From: Alphaproteobacteria bacterium
GTDB lineage: Bacteria; Pseudomonadota; Alphaproteobacteria; Rs-D84; CACZYB01
Reading direction: 5' to 3'
Assembly: GCA_051885355.1 (NCBI GenBank)
Contig: JBJEXC010000021.1
Span: 1-54,161, forward strand
DNA: 54,161 nt
Shown here: piece by piece, positions 48,295-54,161 of the stretch
Position numbering within the stretch: the first letter of the stretch is position 1
How the letters are laid out: each line of letters starts with the position of its first letter
Notes under the pieces: generated by a model
Database searches by the model: none
What the model was told of the DNA's origin: nothing
Seen by the model: the letters and a program-made list of their open reading frames with translations, nothing else
Made by a program: the position numbers and the translations under genes

Positions 48295-48464
48295 TTACTT
48301 ACTCCATAATAATACAATAAACTTACAAAATAATCAATAATATTGTTACAATATGTTCTTTAGTATATTTTTGTATAAAAAATGTCAAGATATAAAACTA
48401 ATTTTCCTCAATCCTTGACTAAGGAATTAAAAAAAAATATAATCAATAAAAACAGGAGAAATAT

Positions 48465-49190
48465 ATGTCAAATTCAAATATCATAGTTGGAGGTTTCGTC
48501 CCATTCACAACCATAGATTACCCAAACAAAATATCCGCCGTAATTTTTTTACAGGGATGCCCATGGAGATGTATTTACTGCTCCAACCCACACCTTTTCG
48601 AATTTCGCCGTCCAACCGAAAATGACAAAGCAAACTGGGAATACATATTAAATGTTCTAAGGAAAAGAACAAAAACACTTGATGCAGTAGTATTTTCCGG
48701 TGGTGAAGCATCCGCCCAAGCAGATGAAATCATCAAAGCAATAGACGATATCCATAAATTCGCCCCACATTTCAAAATCGGACTTCATACCAACGGTTGT
48801 TTCCCAGAAAACCTTAAAAAATTAGCCCCTCATATTGACTGGGTAGGATTCGATATAAAGGCTCCATGCAAAAAATATTATGATATAACAAAAATAAAAG
48901 GTAGTGGCGAACAAGCTTACGAAAGCCTTGAATACCTTCTATCCCAAAACAAAAAGTTAGAAGTCCGCACAACCGCTGACCCTACCGTTTTAACAAAGGA
49001 AGATATTATTGATATTGCAAAAACAATAACACAAATGGGTGTAAAAAAATATGCTATTCAACGCTATCGCCCTGTGGATAAAGACAATCCAAACAATCCT
49101 CCCGCACACCAAATCACACAATTTTTTACGGACAAGGACTTTGAAAACACTATCCGTTCCATAGTTGAAGATTTGGAATTAAGGTTTTAA
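48465..49190 (+). CDS. nrdG: Anaerobic ribonucleotide reductase activating enzyme
   Basis: TIDYP, QGCPWRCIYCSNP, FSGGE, LHTNG, DIKAP, EVRTT. Confidence 0.88.
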   Translation: MSNSNIIVGGFVPFTTIDYPNKISAVIFLQGCPWRCIYCSNPHLFEFRRPTENDKANWEYILNVLRKRTKTLDAVVFSGGEASAQADEIIKAIDDIHKFAPHFKIGLHTNGCFPENLKKLAPHIDWVGFDIKAPCKKYYDITKIKGSGEQAYESLEYLLSQNKKLEVRTTADPTVLTKEDIIDIAKTITQMGVKKYAIQRYRPVDKDNPNNPPAHQITQFFTDKDFENTIRSIVEDLELRF

Positions 49191-49258
49191 AAATAACCCC
49201 TTGCAAAAATGTAATCACTACTTTATAATTTGAAAAAATAAATCAAAAGGAGATCATA

Positions 49259-50194
49259 ATGAAACAACATAGAGAAGTCGTAATCATAGGTTCAGGTCCA
49301 GCCGGATATTCTGCTGGTATATATGCAGGAAGAAACGGAAATCATCCTCTTATAATCACAGGTGTTGAATTCGGAGGACAAATTACAAAAACTTTTGACC
49401 TTGAAAATTACCCTGGATTTACAGAAAAAATCGACGGTATTTACATAACCGAACAAATGAGGAAACAAGCAGAAATTTTCGGTGCAGAAATACTTGCAGA
49501 CACAGTTGTTGAAGTGGATTTTCAAAACCGACCATTCACTATTAAATGCGAAAATGATAACATTATCACAGCCGACGCTGTAATAATCGCAACTGGTGCA
49601 AGCAACAGAAAACTCGGTCTTCCAAACGAAGAAAAATTAACAGGTCACGGCATTTCATACTGCGCAACATGCGACGGCTTCTTTTTCAAAGGCAAAGAAG
49701 TATTCGTAGTTGGTGGCGGAAATACCGCAATATACGAAGCGCTACACTTATCAACAGTATGCAAAAAAGTAAATGTGATTCATCGTCGTGATCACTTCAC
49801 CGCAGAACACATAAACCAAACTCACCTTTTCAACACACCAAACATTTCAACAATTTGGAATTCTGTTGTCATAGAGGCAGAAGAAACCGACGGCAAACTT
49901 TCATCTATCACAGTTGAAAATGTTGATACAAAAGAAAGAACAACTTATAAAACAGAAGGTTTATTCATTGCGATAGGTAACAACCCTCAAACCGCAATTT
50001 TCAAGGATAAACTTTCTCTTGATAACGCAGGTTATATAATCACAAAACCTGACCTATGTGCAACAGAAATTGATGGTATCTTTGCCGCAGGCGATGTGAA
50101 AAATCCGCGTTTCAAACAAGTTGTTATCGCTGCTGCATCCGGTGCCCAAGCTGCAATGGAAGCAACAACTTACCTTATTTCTTTGGAAAAATAG
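49259..50194 (+). CDS. trxB: Thioredoxin reductase
   Basis: GSGPAG, CATCDG, GGGNTA, HRR, AAGDV. Confidence 0.96.
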   Translation: MKQHREVVIIGSGPAGYSAGIYAGRNGNHPLIITGVEFGGQITKTFDLENYPGFTEKIDGIYITEQMRKQAEIFGAEILADTVVEVDFQNRPFTIKCENDNIITADAVIIATGASNRKLGLPNEEKLTGHGISYCATCDGFFFKGKEVFVVGGGNTAIYEALHLSTVCKKVNVIHRRDHFTAEHINQTHLFNTPNISTIWNSVVIEAEETDGKLSSITVENVDTKERTTYKTEGLFIAIGNNPQTAIFKDKLSLDNAGYIITKPDLCATEIDGIFAAGDVKNPRFKQVVIAAASGAQAAMEATTYLISLEK

Positions 50195-50213
50195 GAACTA
50201 GGAACTCATACCT

Positions 50214-51140
50214 GTGGAAAAGTTTTTCAATTTATGCAAAAATATCTGTATGATAAAAAAACAAGAACAACATACAGTTTATGAAACTTTATCCGAAGGA
50301 AAAGACATTCTTAAAAATGCCAACATAGATACTTTCGATTTGGATTCTCGTGTTCTCCTTTCATATATTTTAGGTATGGAACATCACTTATTTATTTCTA
50401 ATCCAAAGGCAATAGTTCCTCCTAAACAATACAAAGAATACTTAAAACTTATCAAACGAAGGGCAAAAAATGAACCAATAGCCCAAATCACAAACCAAAA
50501 GGAATTTTGGGCTCTTCCTTTTAAAATCACAAAACACACTTTAATCCCAAGACCTGACAGCGAAACTTTGATAGAAGGGGTAAAATCCGAATTCAAAGAT
50601 GTTAATGCACACCACAAAATAATTGACCTTGGAACTGGTTCCGGTTGCTTACTTCTTGCAATACTAAGCGAATATAAAAATGCAACAGGTGTTGGTATAG
50701 ATATAAGTCAAAATGCAGTCAAAACAGCAAATCAAAACGCAAAAAAACTATCTCTTGATAATCGCACACAAATATTAAAATACAGTTGGGAAAATAAATC
50801 TCCACACAAAAAAATAAAGGATATAAAATTTAATATAGTCGTATCAAACCCACCATACATTACAAAAAATGATATGAAAAAACTTGATATAGATGTAAAA
50901 AAATATGAACCACATAATGCACTTTATGGCGGTAATGATGGACTTTCTGAATACAGATATATTGCAAAATCCCTCTACTACTGGGATATAATAGAACCAA
51001 AAGGTAAAATATTTTTGGAAATGGGAAAGGGACAAGAAAATGACATAAAAAAAATCTTTGAAGCATTTGGTTTCAAATTCCTACATTACTTCAAAGATTT
51101 AAACGGAATAATTCGTGTAATAGAACTTCAAAAAGAATAA
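50214..51140 (+). CDS. prmC: Release factor glutamine methyltransferase (start may be ATG 50250)
   Basis: LIPRPDSE, DLGTGSGC, SNPPYI, EPHNAL. Confidence 0.95.
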   Translation: MEKFFNLCKNICMIKKQEQHTVYETLSEGKDILKNANIDTFDLDSRVLLSYILGMEHHLFISNPKAIVPPKQYKEYLKLIKRRAKNEPIAQITNQKEFWALPFKITKHTLIPRPDSETLIEGVKSEFKDVNAHHKIIDLGTGSGCLLLAILSEYKNATGVGIDISQNAVKTANQNAKKLSLDNRTQILKYSWENKSPHKKIKDIKFNIVVSNPPYITKNDMKKLDIDVKKYEPHNALYGGNDGLSEYRYIAKSLYYWDIIEPKGKIFLEMGKGQENDIKKIFEAFGFKFLHYFKDLNGIIRVIELQKE

Positions 51141-51707
51141 TTATCTTAATTTCTGATTCAATAAGTCTGATAAAATATATGTATTATCATTTTTTCTAGG
51201 CATATTTATAACTTCTTCATTTACAGAAATAATATTATCTCCATTCATATAATTAGCACCTCTTTTCTTATCTGTAAAAACATGACCTTCTACTACATCA
51301 ATCCCATTTCCATAGGATTTCATTTTTTGAATATTTCCAAAAACATCTCTTTCAACATCACCTTCTAAAATAAGTTCATCACCCTTTCGTATTTCCAAAA
51401 GTTTAAAATCTTCCAAGGATAAAGTTGATTTTTTATCAACAACAAGTTGAACATCAAAATCCGATTTACCATCATTATCTATATCAACAGGTAAATAAGA
51501 ATTCAAAACAAACTTACCATCAACATCTTCCAATTGATTAATAACATCTTCAACCGCGACTGCCTCAACAAGTTCAAAATTCTTAAACTTTTCATCAGAA
51601 TTTTTAGAAAATATACACGAAATTATAGTCATTAAAAGCACACCTGCAGATACAATAACCCCACTTTTTAAAAGAAAAGAAATATTTTCAGAAATTTTTT
51701 TATTCAT
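51141..51707 (-). CDS. N-terminally anchored hypothetical protein (ends ...NQKLR)
   Basis: TM segment, DIDNDGKSD motif, GAGG RBS. Confidence 0.7.
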   Translation of the reverse strand: MNKKISENISFLLKSGVIVSAGVLLMTIISCIFSKNSDEKFKNFELVEAVAVEDVINQLEDVDGKFVLNSYLPVDIDNDGKSDFDVQLVVDKKSTLSLEDFKLLEIRKGDELILEGDVERDVFGNIQKMKSYGNGIDVVEGHVFTDKKRGANYMNGDNIISVNEEVINMPRKNDNTYILSDLLNQKLR

Positions 51708-51899
51708 TTTTTATTCCTCATTTTATTAAAATTAGTTTTAATATAAACAAAAAATATATAAATGTCAACAAAAAATTATCAAAACATCAAAACAAAAGAA
51801 ATTTCTTGCATTTATAAACAAATATGATATACTCCCCAACATAATTTGCACCCTTGGAGGCAAATTTAACTTTATAATTTAATAAAAAAGGATAAAAAA

Positions 51900-52571
51900 A
51901 TGTCAAATAAAGTAGTATTAAATGTAAAATCCAGAGAAAATAGTGGTAAGGGGGCCGCACGCGCTACAAGAAGAGCTGGTTTAATTCCTGCTGTAATTTA
52001 TGGAAATAAACAAGATCCTGAACTTATCTCTATTACACCAAAAGATTTACTTAAACAAATGGAAACAAAGGGTTTCAGAACTCGCCAATTCGAACTTGAA
52101 ATAGAAGGCAAAAATAAAAAGGAACTTGCCCTTTGCCAAGCAATTCAATATGACAAGGTTAAAGATAACCCAATCCATGTTGATTTTTTAAGAATTGATT
52201 TGAATAAAGAAATCACCGTTGAAATTCCATTCACATTTGTTGGCGAAGCAACATGTGCTGGTATTAAAAAAGGTGGTGTTCTTAACATAGTAAACCGTTC
52301 TGCTGATATTATTTGTAAGGCTTCCGATATGGTTGACAGCATTGAAGTTGATGTTTCAAAACTTGATGTTGCAGAATCTATCCACTCTGATGCTATTCAA
52401 TTACCAAAGGGATTGCGTTTTGCAAATCACGAAAAATTTACTATTGCAACTATCGCATCTGCAGTATCAGAAGTTGTTGAAACAACTGCTCCTGAAACAA
52501 CAGAAGTTCCATCAGAACAAGAAGAAAAGGCTGCAAAGAAAGCAGAAGAAAAAACAGAAGATGCAAAATAA
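51900..52571 (+). CDS. rplY: 50S ribosomal protein L25/Ctc
   Basis: GKGAARATRRAGLIPAVIYG, HVDF, KKGGVL. Confidence 0.96.
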   Translation: MSNKVVLNVKSRENSGKGAARATRRAGLIPAVIYGNKQDPELISITPKDLLKQMETKGFRTRQFELEIEGKNKKELALCQAIQYDKVKDNPIHVDFLRIDLNKEITVEIPFTFVGEATCAGIKKGGVLNIVNRSADIICKASDMVDSIEVDVSKLDVAESIHSDAIQLPKGLRFANHEKFTIATIASAVSEVVETTAPETTEVPSEQEEKAAKKAEEKTEDAK

Positions 52572-53616
52572 TTCTTCAAATAATTACAAAGCAAGGGAAG
52601 TTTTCAAACGGAAACTTCCTTTTCTTTTAATGCGAAATAAAATTATCGCATCTATAAAAAATTTCTTTTCAACAGAAAATTTTACAGAAGTTGACACCCC
52701 TATCCTTCAATACTGCCCAGGAATGGAAGTCCACATAACTGCATTTAAAACAAAATTTGTTGATATTACTGGCGAACCATCAAAAACTTTATACCTTCAT
52801 ACTTCACCAGAATTCGCAATGAAAAAACTTTTAAGTTTTGGAATGAAAAATATTTTTCAATTCACACATACTTTCAGAAATGAAATAATATCCCCAACAC
52901 ATTATCCAGAATTCACAATGCTAGAATGGTATAGACTTAACCATAACTACACAAAATTAATGAGCGATTGTGAGGAAATTTTAAAGCAATCCCTCATTTC
53001 AATTGGTAAAACAAAATTTTTATATAATGAAAAAACTTGCTCTCCTTTCAATGGTATTGAAAAATTAACGATACAAGAAGCATTCCAAAAATTTTGCAAC
53101 TTTGATATTCTCGCAACTATTGATAACCCAAACACGCCATCAAAAACTTTACTTGAAACAGAGGCAAAAAAACTACATATAAATGTATCAGAAATAGATA
53201 CATGGGACGATATATATGAAAAACTTATGTTCGAATATATTGAACCAAATTTAGGTATAGAGAAACCAACTATACTTTACGAATATCCTATTCATCAAGC
53301 CGCCCTTTCAAAGGCAAAACAAGATACACCTAATATTGCAGAAAGGTTTGAACTTTATATTTGTGGAGTTGAGGTTGCAAATGCCTTCACAGAATTAACA
53401 GATGAAAAAATCCAACGAGAAAGATTTAAACAAGATATGCAAACAAAACAAAATTTATACGGTATTACCTATCCAATTGATGAAAGTTTTTTAGAGGCAA
53501 TAAAAAATCTTTCCCCAGCAACAGGTATAGCAATGGGTATAGACCGTCTTGTTATGCTTGCAACTGGGGCAAAGGATATAAAGGAAGTCCTTTGGACCGA
53601 AATCCCAACCTTATAA
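52561..53616 (+). CDS. epmA: EF-P lysine aminoacylase EpmA/GenX (start 52561 or 52630)
   Basis: EVDTP, LHTSPEFAMKKLL, FRNE, PEFTMLEWYR, ERFELY, GIDRL; lacks the LysRS anticodon domain. Confidence 0.92.
   Translation: MQNNSSNNYKAREVFKRKLPFLLMRNKIIASIKNFFSTENFTEVDTPILQYCPGMEVHITAFKTKFVDITGEPSKTLYLHTSPEFAMKKLLSFGMKNIFQFTHTFRNEIISPTHYPEFTMLEWYRLNHNYTKLMSDCEEILKQSLISIGKTKFLYNEKTCSPFNGIEKLTIQEAFQKFCNFDILATIDNPNTPSKTLLETEAKKLHINVSEIDTWDDIYEKLMFEYIEPNLGIEKPTILYEYPIHQAALSKAKQDTPNIAERFELYICGVEVANAFTELTDEKIQRERFKQDMQTKQNLYGITYPIDESFLEAIKNLSPATGIAMGIDRLVMLATGAKDIKEVLWTEIPTL
52593..52628 (+). terminator. Terminator-like hairpin after rplY, inside the probable epmA 5' end
   Basis: AAGGGAAGTTTTC-AAAC-GGAAACTTCCTTT followed by TCTTTT. 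Confidence 0.6.
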
Positions 53617-53623
53617 AAAAAAC

Positions 53624-53650
53624 ATCCCCTCTTTTTACAGAGGGGATTTT
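53624..53650. terminator. Bidirectional intrinsic terminator
   Basis: ATCCCCTCT...AGAGGGGAT. Confidence 0.75.
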
Positions 53651-53655
53651 CTTTA

Positions 53656-54161
53656 TTAGAATTTATATATTTCAGTATCATTACAATCATAATTTTGTAA
53701 CTTATAATTATCACACTTATCAACATATCTTATTTCTTTTGTTTCTATATCTCTATATGGAATCTTACAACAAGAGACTGATTGTGTAGATGTACAGTTG
53801 AATGATAGTTTACCTTTTTGGAATAAATTTTTACCTATTTCCTTATCGTAATAATAACTGCGGTGACCTCCTTTGTTTAACCTATGAGTCTGGTATAGTT
53901 TTATCGTTACTGTTTTACAAGCATCAGGACTTGTTGAACCTGGTGAAGAACATTTATATAAAGGACAACTTTTACATGATGTTTGTCCTGTTAAATCTTG
54001 ATAAGTTCCTGCAGCACAAGATATGCAAGATCCACTTCCGACTGGAGCGAAGGTTCCTGCCGGACAAGGGTATTTTTCTTTACCATCGCACCTATAACCT
54101 GCAGGACAAGCGACGCATTTAAAGAGGTCAGCATTAGCATGATTAGGCAATACAGAAGCGA
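53656..54161 (-). CDS. Cys-rich CPAGT-repeat protein, 5'-truncated by the window edge
   Basis: Frame open past 54161; ...HANADLFKCVACPAGY, CPAGTF, CAAGTYQ; resembles 44328-44999. Confidence 0.8.
   Translation of the reverse strand, partial: ASVLPNHANADLFKCVACPAGYRCDGKEKYPCPAGTFAPVGSGSCISCAAGTYQDLTGQTSCKSCPLYKCSSPGSTSPDACKTVTIKLYQTHRLNKGGHRSYYYDKEIGKNLFQKGKLSFNCTSTQSVSCCKIPYRDIETKEIRYVDKCDNYKLQNYDCNDTEIYKF

Noticed and set aside
48465-49190. nrdG without nrdD as a novel system
   Set aside because: nrdD can lie outside this window; there is no evidence that it is absent
52333-52560. Long N-terminal extension of EpmA from the ORF track
   Set aside because: Overlaps rplY in another frame and does not resemble EpmA

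Overview
AT-rich bacterial chromosomal segment. XerC, BamE, MltA, EpmA, RplY and the class II aldolase look alphaproteobacterial; a reduced, host-associated lineage is my inference. Housekeeping genes: xerC, bamE, rlmE, gltX, pth, glmS, kdsB, fba, mltA, nrdG, trxB, prmC, rplY, epmA. RNA genes: five tRNAs (Gly-GCC, Arg-TCT, Leu-GAG, Glu-TTC, Met-CAT) and a very short (~285 nt) RNase P RNA. Accessory content: Cys-rich exported proteins, three paralogous beta-barrel OMPs, four HAD hydrolases, two accessory radical SAM enzymes, an ArsR/permease pair and a putative type II restriction-modification pair. The strongest unexplained pattern is that 14 of about 58 CDSs with intact 3' ends finish in Arg, 12 of them in [Q/T/S]-R-stop. 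None of the named housekeeping genes does, so this is a candidate C-terminal secretion signal. Other notable items are a cluster of GC-rich palindromes (37.9-38.4 kb), a duplicated tRNA-Leu 3' end interrupted by a 76-bp hairpin insert, an att-site scar at tRNA-Arg, poly-G tracts in a promoter spacer and a signal peptide, and a gene frameshifted at a T7 run. No CRISPR array, transposase or prophage was seen.
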